Below, one piece after another: positions 52,416 through 61,962 of a stretch of 64,000 nucleotides of DNA; positions within the stretch are counted from its first letter, which is position 1, and each line of letters opens with the position of its first letter. The stretch spans positions 1,152,001 to 1,216,000 of the forward strand of contig CAWETI010000002.1 in assembly GCA_963812015.1 (NCBI GenBank). Reading direction: 5' to 3'. A program made the position numbers and the translations under genes. Under the pieces are notes generated by a model. The model ran no database searches. It was not told the origin of the DNA and saw nothing but the letters and a program-made list of their open reading frames with translations. The stretch is from an uncultured delta proteobacterium. Lineage in GTDB: Bacteria > Desulfobacterota > Desulfobaccia > Desulfobaccales > 0-14-0-80-60-11.

Positions 52416-53306
52416 TTATTCGATGTTCTGTACCTGCTCCCGGAGGCGCTCCAGGGAGCCCTTGATTTCCAGCACTGACTGGGAGATGCCCAGATCGCCG
52501 CTTTTGGAGCCGATGGTGTTGGCCTCCCGGAGCATTTCCTGGAGCAGGAATTCCTGTTTGCGCCCAACCTGCCCCTGGCTCACCAGGGTTTGTTGGAATT
52601 GGTCCAGATGACTCTCCAGGCGGGCCAATTCTTCGGCCACGTCCCGGCGTTCGGCCATGAGGGCCACTTCCTGGGCCAGGCGGGTCTCGTCCACCGGGCT
52701 GCCCTCGGGAAAGAGTTCCGCCAGGCGATTGATGACCTTCTCCCGCCAGAGTTGGGGCAGCAGCGGCGCCTGGACGGCAATCCGGCTGACTTCCCCCCGG
52801 ATGTCGGATAGATGCCCCGCCAGGTCGGTGGCCAGAGCCGCGCCCTCGGCGAGGCGCATCTCGTCCAGGAGGTCCAGGGCCTGGTTCACCGCCTGGGACG
52901 CCGTCTCCCAGGTGGCTTCCATCTCCATCTCCTGATTGACCTGTTCCTTGGCTACGATCAGGTCAGAAAAATGGAGAAAATGTTCCAACTTCAGGGACTC
53001 GGGGGTACCGCCGGCCAGCCGGAGTTGCTCCAGCACCGTTCGGACCCCGGCCACCACGCCCTCATCCAGCCGCAGGGTCAAGGACTTTTCGGCCAGGGAT
53101 TCCCAGGAGATCTGCATATCCAGCCGGCCCCGGGCCACCCGGGTCTTGATGAGCTTACGGAACCGGTCCTCCAGGGCCCAGAGGCGCCGGGGCAGGTTGA
53201 GGGCGAGCTCCAGAAAGCGGTGGTTGACGCTGCGAAGTTCCACCACCCACTTTTGGGTGGGGGTCTCGACTTCCCCCCGCCCGTATGCGGTCATGCTTTT
53301 GATCAT
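52416..53306 (-). CDS. yicC: YicC/YloC family endoribonuclease
   Basis: MIKSMTAYGR, ELRSVNHRFL, REANTIGSK, REQVQNIE. Confidence 0.95.
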   Translation of the reverse strand: MIKSMTAYGRGEVETPTQKWVVELRSVNHRFLELALNLPRRLWALEDRFRKLIKTRVARGRLDMQISWESLAEKSLTLRLDEGVVAGVRTVLEQLRLAGGTPESLKLEHFLHFSDLIVAKEQVNQEMEMEATWETASQAVNQALDLLDEMRLAEGAALATDLAGHLSDIRGEVSRIAVQAPLLPQLWREKVINRLAELFPEGSPVDETRLAQEVALMAERRDVAEELARLESHLDQFQQTLVSQGQVGRKQEFLLQEMLREANTIGSKSGDLGISQSVLEIKGSLERLREQVQNIE

Positions 53307-53836
53307 TCCGCCATCGCCTTAAGCTGCCAGAGATATTTTTGGCGCACCTGTCCCAGGAGCGCCGGCAGCTCGCCCTTGGCGTAATCCGGGTAAGTCCAGG
53401 GCAGGGCCTGGAAGCTCCCCTGGCCGTAAACCAGGGTGAGATCTCCGTAAATGCCTTGATCCAGATAAATGCGGTGAGGGAAATTTTTGCCGGTGGCCAG
53501 CACCAGACGTTCTCTGGCCACGTATCCCGGGTCCAGGTTAGCCAGTCGCCGCTCCCCCAGGCTAAAGGCTAGCTCCAGTTCATTGGTAAAGACCTTCCAA
53601 TCCGCCAGACGGGCCGGGTCGGCCAGGTGGAGGAAGGAAACCAGACGGCGGCCCAGGTCCGGGCCCATCTCCGGGGCATAGTAGGCGGTGGCGGCAAACG
53701 GCCACCATGGTCCAACTAAATCCGGCGGCCCGAAATATCCGGCGAGTTTTGCCACCAGAGCCGGACCCAAATCCTCCCGGGTCAAAAGCAGACTGACCAC
53801 GGGCTTCACAGGTGTTGCCGGGCCCGGCGCGCTCAT
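53303..53836 (-). CDS. DUF4416 family protein
   Basis: YYAPEMG, NLDPGY, LVLATGKNFPHRIYL, WTYPDY. Confidence 0.85.
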   Translation of the reverse strand: MSAPGPATPVKPVVSLLLTREDLGPALVAKLAGYFGPPDLVGPWWPFAATAYYAPEMGPDLGRRLVSFLHLADPARLADWKVFTNELELAFSLGERRLANLDPGYVARERLVLATGKNFPHRIYLDQGIYGDLTLVYGQGSFQALPWTYPDYAKGELPALLGQVRQKYLWQLKAMAE

Positions 53837-54075
53837 TGTCTGACTTTCTCCTGAAACGGAATCTATTGTAAGACAGCCCGGCTGCAAACGCAATGGAAAA
53901 ATCATGTGAAATTTTACGCAATTAGCGGATAGAATCCGTCTAGAAGAAATGCAGGGAGGGGAGTTGAAAATGCGTAAGAGTAGTCGGAAGTTAGGTTAAG
54001 GGGATTTTTCATCAGGCATTTTTCTCATTTTTGGGAAGCCGGGGGGGAGGCGCCGCCCTTATCCAGGGGCACGGG

Positions 54076-54104
54076 TTGATTTCAGACCATTCCCGATGGA
54101 TAAT
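54076..54104 (+). promoter_or_regulatory. sigma70-type promoter of queEC
   Basis: TTGATT-17bp-GATAAT. Confidence 0.5.
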
Positions 54105-54145
54105 AATACAGTGGGACCCAATAATTTTTCCGAGCATCCTTGCCT

Positions 54146-54787
54146 ATGGCGCTGCTGATCTGCGAAACCTTTGCCAGCCTGATGGGTGAATCCACCCGGG
54201 CGGGACTGCCGGCGTATTTCATCCGCCTGACGGGCTGCAACTTGCGGTGCCGCTATTGCGACACTGCTTATGCCTATGAGGGCGGGCAGGAAATGAGCCC
54301 GGCGGCGCTGGTGGCTGCGGCCCGGGCCCAGCCTTACCGGCTGGCGCTGGTTACCGGCGGCGAACCCCTGCTCCAGGCCGAGACCCCGCTGCTGCTGGCG
54401 GAGCTGCTGGACGCCGGCTTCACCGTCTGCCTGGAGACCAACGGTTCCCGGCCCATCGGCTCGGTGGAGGCCCGGGTGCACCGGATTGTGGATCTCAAAT
54501 GTCCGGGGAGCGGCATGGCCGACCACAACGACTGGGGCAATCTGGACCTTTTGACCGGCCGGGATGAAATCAAGTTCGTGGTCACCCACCGGTCTGACTT
54601 CACCTGGGCCCTTAAGGTCATTGACCGTCATGGCCTGGCCGAGCGGTTGCCGGTGCTGATCTCGCCGGTATTTGGGCAGGTCTCCCTCCAGGAGGCCGCG
54701 GCCTGGATTCTGGACAGCCGCCTGCCCTTGCGGCTGAACCTGCAGCTCCACAAATATATCTGGGGACCGGAGGTCCGGAGCGTATGA
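54146..54787 (+). CDS. queE: 7-carboxy-7-deazaguanine synthase (radical SAM)
   Basis: FIRLTGCNLRCRYCDT, TGGEP, ETNG, LQLHK. Confidence 0.93.
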   Translation: MALLICETFASLMGESTRAGLPAYFIRLTGCNLRCRYCDTAYAYEGGQEMSPAALVAAARAQPYRLALVTGGEPLLQAETPLLLAELLDAGFTVCLETNGSRPIGSVEARVHRIVDLKCPGSGMADHNDWGNLDLLTGRDEIKFVVTHRSDFTWALKVIDRHGLAERLPVLISPVFGQVSLQEAAAWILDSRLPLRLNLQLHKYIWGPEVRSV

Positions 54788-55623
54788 ATAAGGAAATGGT
54801 GAGAATATTTAGGGAAGGGGGCCAGGGACCCAAGGCCCCTGCCCCCTCCCCTAAAACCCCACCCCCCACCCCTTATAGGGGGTTGGGAGGGGAGTTTGAG
54901 GGGAGGGCGGGGGAACTGTCTTCCCACGACCCTCCCCTCAAGTCCTCACGTGGTTCCCGCCCCCTGGCGGTGGTGCTGGCCAGCGGCGGGCTGGACAGTT
55001 GCGTGGCCGCGGCGGTGGCTCGCCGGGACTATAACCTGGCCCTGTTTCATGCCAACTACGGCCAACGCACCCTCACCCGGGAGCTGGAAGCCTTCCGGGC
55101 CCAGGCGGCGTTCTACCAGGCGGCCGCAACCTTAGAGGTTGATCTCAACTACCTGGGGGAGATCGGCGGCTCCAGCCTGACCGACTTCTCCCGGGCGGTG
55201 CCCACCGACGCGGATGAACCGCCGGGAATCCCCTCCACCTATGTGCCGTTCCGCAACACCAATCTGTTGGCCGCGGCGGTGGCCTGGGCCGAAGTCCTGG
55301 GGGCTAAGGCCGTGTTCATCGGCGCCAATGTGCTGGACAACCCCGGCTATCCCGACTGCCGGCCCGAGTATTTTGCGGCGTTCAACCGCCTCATCGAGCT
55401 GGGCACCCGGCCCGAAACCCACCTTGCCATCCACACGCCCCTGATTAACCTGGACAAAGGGGAGATTGTGGGGCTGGGCCTGGAGCTGGGAGCGCCCCTG
55501 GAACTCACCTGGTCGTGTTACCAGGACGATGTCCGGGCCTGCGGCCAGTGCTCCTCCTGCCGTCTGCGCCTCAAGGGTTTTGCCGCCGCGGGCGTCCCCG
55601 ATCCCATCCCTTATCAGCATTGA
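54784..55623 (+). CDS. queC: 7-cyano-7-deazaguanine synthase with a repeat-derived N-terminal insertion
   Basis: SGGLDS, YGQR, TYVPFRN, YPDCR, TWSCY..CGQCSSC. Confidence 0.95.
   Translation: MNKEMVRIFREGGQGPKAPAPSPKTPPPTPYRGLGGEFEGRAGELSSHDPPLKSSRGSRPLAVVLASGGLDSCVAAAVARRDYNLALFHANYGQRTLTRELEAFRAQAAFYQAAATLEVDLNYLGEIGGSSLTDFSRAVPTDADEPPGIPSTYVPFRNTNLLAAAVAWAEVLGAKAVFIGANVLDNPGYPDCRPEYFAAFNRLIELGTRPETHLAIHTPLINLDKGEIVGLGLELGAPLELTWSCYQDDVRACGQCSSCRLRLKGFAAAGVPDPIPYQH
54808..54941. repeat. Triple-hairpin palindromic element inside the queC reading frame
   Basis: TTTAGGG..CCCTAAA; CCCCT-TAT-AGGGG; TTGAGGGGAGGG..CCCTCCCCTCAA. Confidence 0.8.
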
Positions 55624-55776
55624 GCCGCGGCTTCGCAGGCAAATTTCTCTGATCTTTTTCTCCCGGGCCTTGCAATGGTGATAATCAAGCTTACTATAAA
55701 CACTGGGCAAGCCGGCAAGACCGGGCAAGCCCCACCGGCAGATGCATGCCGGATCATCCTGAAGGAGGTATGAGCC

Positions 55777-55986
55777 ATGTCAGGTACTAATGTCGCCAGG
55801 GTAACGGAAATTATCGCCGAATCCCCCAAGGGCTTTGATGACGCAATACAGGTGGGGTTCGCCCGGGCCGCCAGCACCCTCAGGGGCATCACCGGCCTGC
55901 GCATCGTGGAGCAGCGGGTTTCCGTCAAGGATAACAAGATCAACACGTACCGGGTGAAGATGGAAGTTATCTTCATTCTGGATTGA
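55777..55986 (+). CDS. Dodecin family flavin-binding protein
   Basis: VARVTEIIAES..FDDAI..RAASTLRGI..YRVKMEVIF. Confidence 0.9.
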   Translation: MSGTNVARVTEIIAESPKGFDDAIQVGFARAASTLRGITGLRIVEQRVSVKDNKINTYRVKMEVIFILD

Positions 55987-56050
55987 GGCAACCCAACCCC
56001 TCAATTGCCTGAGATGATAGGGATTGCTGTGAGGGGCAGCGTATGCATTG

Positions 56051-57073
56051 ATGCTCTCTTTGGACGGTTCTTACGGCGAAGGGGGCGGGCAGATCCTGCG
56101 CACCGCCCTCTCTCTGGCCGCCTTAACGGGGGCGCCGGTCCGGATCGAGCGTATCCGGGCCAGGCGCTCCAAGCCGGGGCTCAGGCCCCAGCACCTCACC
56201 GCAGTCCAGGCCGTGGCCCGGGTTTGTCAGGCGGAAGTCACCGGGGCCGACCTGGGCAGTCAGGAACTCAGCTTCAGGCCCCAAGCCCCCCAGGGGGGCC
56301 GCTATCTTTTCGACGTGGCGGCCAAGACCCGGAGCGCCGGGGCCGTCAGTCTCATCGCCCAGGCTTTGCTGGCCCCCCTGCTCAAGGCCGGGACCCCCGC
56401 CACCGTCATCCTCAGAGGGGGCACCCACGTCCCCTGGAGTCCCCCAGCCCACTACCTCAGCCATGTCTTTCTCCCCGCCCTGGCCGCGCTGGGCGCGGAG
56501 GTGAAGCTGACCCTGGAACGCTGGGGCTGGTATCCCCAGGGGGGCGGCGAGATGCGCCTGGACATCCGGCCGGCCCCAACCCTGGCTGGGGTTTCGTGGC
56601 GCACTCCGTCTTTGTCCCCTCCCTTCCAGGCCCTGTCCGCGGCCGCCAACCTGCCGGAGCACGTGGCCAGGCGGCAGGCGGCCAGACTCACGGCCCGCCT
56701 GGGGGAGGCGGTGCCGGTGGCCATCGTCCCCGCCGGGGGCCGGGACCCGGGCAGCCTGGTCTTTATCTGGGGGCCCCAGGCGGGTTTTGCCGCGCTGGGG
56801 GCCCGGGGCAAACCCGCGGAGCAGGTGGCGGACGAAGCCGCGGACGCCTACCTGGCCTTTCGGGCCAGCGGCGCCGCCCTGGACCGCCACCTGGCCGACC
56901 AGATCGTCCTCTACCTGGCCCTGGCGCAGGGTCCCTCCGCCTTCACCACCGAAGCCGTCACCTCGCATCTCCTCACCAACGTCTGGGTCATCGAGCAGTT
57001 CCTGGGGCCGACTTTTCAGATCAAGGGAGGCCTGGGGGAGCGAGGGGAGATTTTTTGCCAGGGGCAAAAGTAG
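56051..57073 (+). CDS. rtcA: RNA 3'-terminal phosphate cyclase
   Basis: DGSYGEGGGQILR, PGLRPQHL, GGTHV, DRHLADQ, TSHLLTN. Confidence 0.95.
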   Translation: MLSLDGSYGEGGGQILRTALSLAALTGAPVRIERIRARRSKPGLRPQHLTAVQAVARVCQAEVTGADLGSQELSFRPQAPQGGRYLFDVAAKTRSAGAVSLIAQALLAPLLKAGTPATVILRGGTHVPWSPPAHYLSHVFLPALAALGAEVKLTLERWGWYPQGGGEMRLDIRPAPTLAGVSWRTPSLSPPFQALSAAANLPEHVARRQAARLTARLGEAVPVAIVPAGGRDPGSLVFIWGPQAGFAALGARGKPAEQVADEAADAYLAFRASGAALDRHLADQIVLYLALAQGPSAFTTEAVTSHLLTNVWVIEQFLGPTFQIKGGLGERGEIFCQGQK

Positions 57074-57114
57074 GTCCGGATGGGTGGGGACGTGACCCGG
57101 GTGATGGTCCAGAA

Positions 57115-57312
57115 TAGGAGCGGACACGCAGGTCCGCCCCTACGCCCCCCTCACCCCAGCTTTCTCCCCCCAAAAGCGGGGGGAGAGGAGGTTTAAGGAA
57201 CACAGGCTGGAAGCCTGTGCCACCAGAAAATACCTAGCGGGCAGGCCCACCCTATATCCTGGAAGCCTATGCCACTAAGAAGCATAGGGCGGACACGTGG
57301 GTCCGCCCCTAC
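57115..57312. repeat. Cluster of REP-like palindromes between convergent genes
   Basis: Two G(A/G)GCGGACACG-nn-GGTCCGCCCCTAC units; CCTCTCCCCC-type hairpin; CACAGGCTGGAAGCCTGTGCCAC (related copy at about 45869-45892). Confidence 0.75.
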
Positions 57313-58703
57313 GGCGTTGGGGGGGATTCCGGCGTTGGGAATAGGTCCTTCAGGCCCAGGGCCAGGAGGAGGGCGACGGTGGGGGTGAGGTGGAGGAGCA
57401 GGCGGTCCAGGGTGGCCCGGACGTAGGCGGGGAACTCGGCGGCGGCGGTGGGGGCCACGGCGTAGGCCAGGATGATGGCCACCAGATTCCCCCCCACAAA
57501 GAGGGCCAGGAAGAGCATGGGGGAGCGCCACAGGCGCTTTCCCGCCAAGATCAGGGCCAGGGCCAGGGCCGGCCAGAGAAACCCGAAGTAGAAGGGGTCC
57601 AGCAGCCCGGCGAAGAGGTAGCGGACGGCCTGGAGCATCTGGTGGGGATAAAAGCTCTGGATGTGGTCAGCGCCGATTTCCAGTTTGTGCTGGACGGTGA
57701 AGAGCCGCCAGGGGAGGTAGCCGGCGACCAGTCCGGCCAGGAGGACGGTCAAATGGCCCAGGCGGCGGAGCCAACCCGCCGGGCGCAGCCAGACCAGGGT
57801 CAAGGCCGCGGCCAGGATCAGGGTGGCGGCCAGGGGCGGGCCTTCATACTTGCACCAGGCCATACCCGCCAGACAGCAGGCCGCCAGGGACAGGCTGCCC
57901 CGGGGGGCGGCGTCGGCCAGCCAGAGGTAGATCAGGGCCGCGCCTGACAGGGTAAAGAAGGCCAGGGGCAGGTCGGCGTAGGCGATATACAGGTGGACGA
58001 TGAAGACGGTGCCGTTCAAGGCCAGGAAGGCGGCGAGGCCCAGGGCCCGGCGGCGGCTCAGGCCCAGCCGGCCTGCCACGGAATAGACCAGACCCAGAAT
58101 CAGCGCCCCCCAGAGGGGGAAAATGCCCTGGGCCAGGGAATCGTTCACCTGGCCCAGGGCGAAGTAAAGATAGCTCAGGAGGAGGGGGATAAGGTTGGGG
58201 TAATAGTTGTGGGCCTCAATGCAGGTCAGATCCAGGCCCTGGCTGGTATAGAAGATTTTGGCTTTGCAGCCCCAGGTGGCCAGGGCATCCCAGGCCCACA
58301 GGGGGTAGAGCGCGGCCCGGGGCAGGGCATAGAGAAACACCAGCCCCAGCAGCGAAAGGTAGAGCCAGTCCCAGCCGTGGAGGGCAGGTCGGGGGCGAAC
58401 CCGGAAGGCTTTAACCTCGTCCCGGAGGGCCCGGCGGCCCCGGGGGGACAGGAACAGGGCGGCGGCCAGGGCCAGGAGCGGCCCTAAAATCCGCCCCAGA
58501 CCGAAGGGACTCCCCCACCAGGTTAAGGCCAGCATCCAGAAGGTGAGGACCAGGGCGCCGACCCCGAAGCTCAAAGCGGCCCGCTCCCACAGAGTGAAAT
58601 CCCGGGGCCGGGGGGCCACAAGGACGATCCCGGCATACCCCAGGCAGAAGACGGCTCCCAGCCCCAGGAACAGGCGCGCCAGGGTGGTCACGGTCTCAAT
58701 CAT
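57309..58703 (-). CDS. Polytopic membrane protein, GT-C/PMT-like glycosyltransferase
   Basis: WDALATWGCKAK, YPNLIP, AYADLP, WCKYEG; more than 10 TM helices. Confidence 0.7.
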   Translation of the reverse strand: MIETVTTLARLFLGLGAVFCLGYAGIVLVAPRPRDFTLWERAALSFGVGALVLTFWMLALTWWGSPFGLGRILGPLLALAAALFLSPRGRRALRDEVKAFRVRPRPALHGWDWLYLSLLGLVFLYALPRAALYPLWAWDALATWGCKAKIFYTSQGLDLTCIEAHNYYPNLIPLLLSYLYFALGQVNDSLAQGIFPLWGALILGLVYSVAGRLGLSRRRALGLAAFLALNGTVFIVHLYIAYADLPLAFFTLSGAALIYLWLADAAPRGSLSLAACCLAGMAWCKYEGPPLAATLILAAALTLVWLRPAGWLRRLGHLTVLLAGLVAGYLPWRLFTVQHKLEIGADHIQSFYPHQMLQAVRYLFAGLLDPFYFGFLWPALALALILAGKRLWRSPMLFLALFVGGNLVAIILAYAVAPTAAAEFPAYVRATLDRLLLHLTPTVALLLALGLKDLFPTPESPPTP

Positions 58704-59268
58704 AGAAGCCCCATTTCAAGAGGTCGGCATCCACCCGGAAGACCAGACCAGGCCCCGGGAGATTTACCCGGTGAAAGGCGGGGGAGCGGAGGGCGGCCCG
58801 GACCCCGGGACCCAAAGGCCCGGCGGACTCCCGGATGAGGAGAAAGGAGGCGTGTTCCTGGTGGAGCGTATAAAAGAGAAAACCGGCGGGAATATCCGGG
58901 GGCAGGAGGATATGCCGCCGGGGCGCCAGGTGATAGCGGATCTCGATTTCTTTGCCGGCGGCGTAATCATCCAGGAAGACGTAAGTGGCGTGCTCAGGGA
59001 TGACGGCCTGGAGCCCGGCGGCCCAGTGGTACAGCGGCTCTTCCTGCCGGATGGCGGCGCCCACGTCCCGGCGGGCCAGCCTTTGGGCCAGGTCTTGCAC
59101 CTCGGGCCCAAAATACCAGATCAGCCAGATGATTTGCAGGCCCCAGAGAGCGAGGATCAACCTCACCAACCAGAGCCGCCAGGTTTTATACCGAGTTGCG
59201 ATCACAATGCTCTTATGGGTAGCCGCAGGCTTCAGGCTGCGCCGGCACCGGCGAGAGGCCCAGGCCAC
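58696..59268 (-). CDS. Membrane-anchored hypothetical protein; start uncertain
   Basis: One TM followed by a soluble domain; overlaps the start of the next gene. Confidence 0.6.
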   Translation of the reverse strand: MAWASRRCRRSLKPAATHKSIVIATRYKTWRLWLVRLILALWGLQIIWLIWYFGPEVQDLAQRLARRDVGAAIRQEEPLYHWAAGLQAVIPEHATYVFLDDYAAGKEIEIRYHLAPRRHILLPPDIPAGFLFYTLHQEHASFLLIRESAGPLGPGVRAALRSPAFHRVNLPGPGLVFRVDADLLKWGFYD

Positions 59269-59384
59269 CGGTGTGACGGTGACCCGGGATTACCCACGGT
59301 CATGGTATTGACAGGAGGCGGAGCGGCAACGGGAACCTGACCGGGCCAGCCCCGAGCTTTCCCGGCTCCAGGCGTCCACCTCGC

Positions 59385-60074
59385 TCAATCCGCGAATTTA
59401 AAGCGGATGATATGGTAGATGGCGGCGATGCCGTCCCGCCAGGTGATCTTTTTCCCGGCGGCGTAGTCCCGGCCATGGTATTGGATGGGCACCTCGTAGA
59501 TGCGCCAGCGCTTTTTGGCGATCTTGGCGGTGAGCTCCGGCTCCACTCCGAAACGGTCGCACTCGATCTTCATCCCCTTGAGCACCTCGGCTCTGAATAC
59601 CTTGTATCCCACCTCCATGTCGGACAGATTCAGGTTGGTGAACATATTGGACAGGGTGGTCACCGCCCGGTTGCCCATGTAGTGCCAGAAGAACAGGACC
59701 CGGTGGGGCCGGCCGCCCACCATCCGGCTGCCGTACACCACGTCGGCCACGTCCTGTTCGATGGGTTCCAGCAGAGAGGGGTAATCGCCGGGGCGGTACT
59801 CCAGGTCGGCGTCCTGGATGATGACCACATCCCCGGTCACCTGGGCAAAGCCGGTGCGCAGGGCCGCGCCTTTGCCCTGATTGCGCTCGTGATAAAAGGC
59901 CCTGACGTTTTCATACTCCTGGGTCAGCCGGGCCAGGATATCCCGGGAACCGTCGGTGGAGGCGTCATCCACCGCGATGATTTCCTTATCATAGGGCGTC
60001 GCCTGGACCAGGCGGAAGATCTCTTCCAGGGTGGCCTTCTCGTTATAAATCGGAATGACGATACTCAGCTTCAT
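59385..60074 (-). CDS. GT2 glycosyltransferase (polyprenol-phosphate sugar synthase-like)
   Basis: SIVIPIYNE, VDDASTDG, NQGKG, QDADLEY, GKKITWRDG. Confidence 0.92.
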   Translation of the reverse strand: MKLSIVIPIYNEKATLEEIFRLVQATPYDKEIIAVDDASTDGSRDILARLTQEYENVRAFYHERNQGKGAALRTGFAQVTGDVVIIQDADLEYRPGDYPSLLEPIEQDVADVVYGSRMVGGRPHRVLFFWHYMGNRAVTTLSNMFTNLNLSDMEVGYKVFRAEVLKGMKIECDRFGVEPELTAKIAKKRWRIYEVPIQYHGRDYAAGKKITWRDGIAAIYHIIRFKFAD

Positions 60075-60183
60075 GCGGCATGCTCCCCTGTGATAATCTC
60101 TTAACAATATACCTTCAATACCGGGAAAACGTTAATTTTTTTCGCGGGGAAAAATACGCAAAGGTGGAATGGCCGGGGCGGGG

Positions 60184-61158
60184 TTAGCCGCCGATGCTGA
60201 CCATGGCCCGGGGGGGCCGGGGAGAGACCAGGGCGGCGCCGGGGGAGACGCAGCCTTTGAGGCGGATGGCTTCCCGGAAGAGCTGGGCCAGGGTTGCGTC
60301 GGAGGCGCCCTGGCGCAACGGGGTTTTGAGATCCAACTCGGGCGCGGCAAAGAGACACGGCCGCAGCCAGCCGGCGGCGTTGAGACGCAGGCGGTTGCAG
60401 GTGGGGCAGTGATGATCGCTGACAGAGCTGATGAAACCCAACTCTCCCGAAAACCCCGGCAATCTGAAGGTCCGGGCGGGGCCGGCGGTGGTTGAGGAGG
60501 TGACGGCTTCCAGGGGGCCCAGCCCGGCCAGCCGCCGGCGGATTTCGGCCAGGGGCAGGAAGTGGCGGCGCCAGCGCGCCTCATCCACGGTGGGCATGAA
60601 CTCGATGAAGCGCACCTGGAAAGGATGCTCCCGGGTCAGCAGGGCGAAGTCCAGGAGTTCGTCGTCGTTGAGGTCTTTTAAGACTACGCAGTTGATTTTG
60701 ATGGGGTGGAACCCCAGGGTAGCGGCGAGTTCGAGGCCGGCCATGACGTCGCCGAAATGGTCCTGTCCGGTGATTTCCCGGTAGCGTTCCGGACGCAGGG
60801 TATCCAGGCTGAGGTTGAGGTGCCGCAAGCCGGTGGCGTAGAGCTCAGGGGCCAGCTCCGCCAGGCGCACGCCGTTGGTTGTGAGGCAGACTTCCTCGAT
60901 GCCGGGAACCTGGTGGAGGCGTTGGATGAACTCCGGGGCGCCTTTGCGCACCAGGGGCTCGCCGCCGGTGACCCGAATCTTCTTGATGCCCACCGACGCG
61001 GCCACCCCGGCCAGGTGCAGCAGCTCTTCGTAGCGCAGGATCTCCTGGCACGGCAGTTTCTGCCAATCCCCCCAGGGGGTGCAGTAGAAGCAGCGGAGAT
61101 TGCAGCGGTCGGTGATGGAAACCCGCAGGTAATTGATCTGGCCTGGCATATGATCCAC
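60184..61158 (-). CDS. moaA: GTP 3',8-cyclase
   Basis: YLRVSITDRCNLRCFYC, CPTCNRLR, C-terminal MVSIGG. Confidence 0.96.
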   Translation of the reverse strand: MDHMPGQINYLRVSITDRCNLRCFYCTPWGDWQKLPCQEILRYEELLHLAGVAASVGIKKIRVTGGEPLVRKGAPEFIQRLHQVPGIEEVCLTTNGVRLAELAPELYATGLRHLNLSLDTLRPERYREITGQDHFGDVMAGLELAATLGFHPIKINCVVLKDLNDDELLDFALLTREHPFQVRFIEFMPTVDEARWRRHFLPLAEIRRRLAGLGPLEAVTSSTTAGPARTFRLPGFSGELGFISSVSDHHCPTCNRLRLNAAGWLRPCLFAAPELDLKTPLRQGASDATLAQLFREAIRLKGCVSPGAALVSPRPPRAMVSIGG

Positions 61159-61272
61159 TGGAATAATTATACCCTAAATCAGCGCGATTACCTGCCCCGG
61201 GGTGAGGATTTATTTCGGGTGCAGCCGCGGCCTGGCGCCGGCCTTCAGGGAGAAGCCGGGCCGGTCATGGAC

Positions 61273-61406
61273 TACAACCTATTTTACAAAAGGTTTATTG
61301 TGTCAGCCTGAGCGTCCGCGAAGGGTTTAGGTTATTGGAAAGACTAGATTCTTCGCTGCGCTCAGAATGACCAACTGGCGAAAAAGAGGTTTTGCAATAG
61401 GTTCTA
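61273..61406. repeat. MITE-like element of about 130 bp, copy 2
   Basis: Shares GGTTTATTGTGTC..GCGAAGGGTTTAGGTTATTGGAAAGA..CTCAGAATGAC..AAAAAGAGGTTTTG with 19697-19827. Confidence 0.8.
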
Positions 61407-61931
61407 GTCCACCTGGAAATCCGTGCGGTCCTGGGCCGTGCCGTAGCCCGTACTGATCTTGGTGATCAACTGGTAGATGCCGGGGGCCGCGGTGGCCGGC
61501 AAGGTGAAATCGATTTCCTGGGTCCAGGTGCCGTTGAGTCGGCGGCTCTCGATACTCTTGGTTCTCCCCAGGGATTTCCCCTGGCAGAAAATCTCCCGGG
61601 TAATGGCCACCGGCATGGCCACCTGCTCCGGGGTGAGAATGGTGTAGGTGGTGCTCAACAGCAGGGTGTCACCTCTCCGGGCCTGGTTGGGCCTGACCGT
61701 GACGCTATCCAGGCGGAGGACGCAGCCGCCGGTGGGGCAGTACCCTTCCCGGGCGATGAGGTCCTCCCGGCCCATGCGGCTTTCTTCCTGGCCGTTTCCC
61801 CAAATGCCAAAGGTAAACGTATAATCGTCCAGGGGCCCGGATCGCCCCTGGGGCACCGAGATAACCAGGCAAAATCCCAACCACAAGAGCACGCCCAACC
61901 CTACCCGATAGCGATACCGGTGTTTCTGCAT
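61404..61931 (-). CDS. Exported hypothetical protein with an Ig-like beta C-domain
   Basis: Signal peptide; FTLPATAAPGIYQL. Confidence 0.65.
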   Translation of the reverse strand: MQKHRYRYRVGLGVLLWLGFCLVISVPQGRSGPLDDYTFTFGIWGNGQEESRMGREDLIAREGYCPTGGCVLRLDSVTVRPNQARRGDTLLLSTTYTILTPEQVAMPVAITREIFCQGKSLGRTKSIESRRLNGTWTQEIDFTLPATAAPGIYQLITKISTGYGTAQDRTDFQVD

Positions 61932-61962
61932 AGAGGCCTCCAGAGCCTTGGTATTTACAAGA

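Noticed and set aside
54072..54110. preQ1 riboswitch upstream of queE
   Set aside because: Only a 4-bp stem and no convincing loop or tail consensus; better explained as a -35/-10 promoter
54146..55623. queEC as part of a 7-deazaguanine DNA-modification (dpd) system
   Set aside because: No dpdA/tgt-like or other dpd genes nearby; host-like GC and housekeeping context
57070..57312. CRISPR array
   Set aside because: Repeats are heterogeneous, there are no regular spacers and no cas genes
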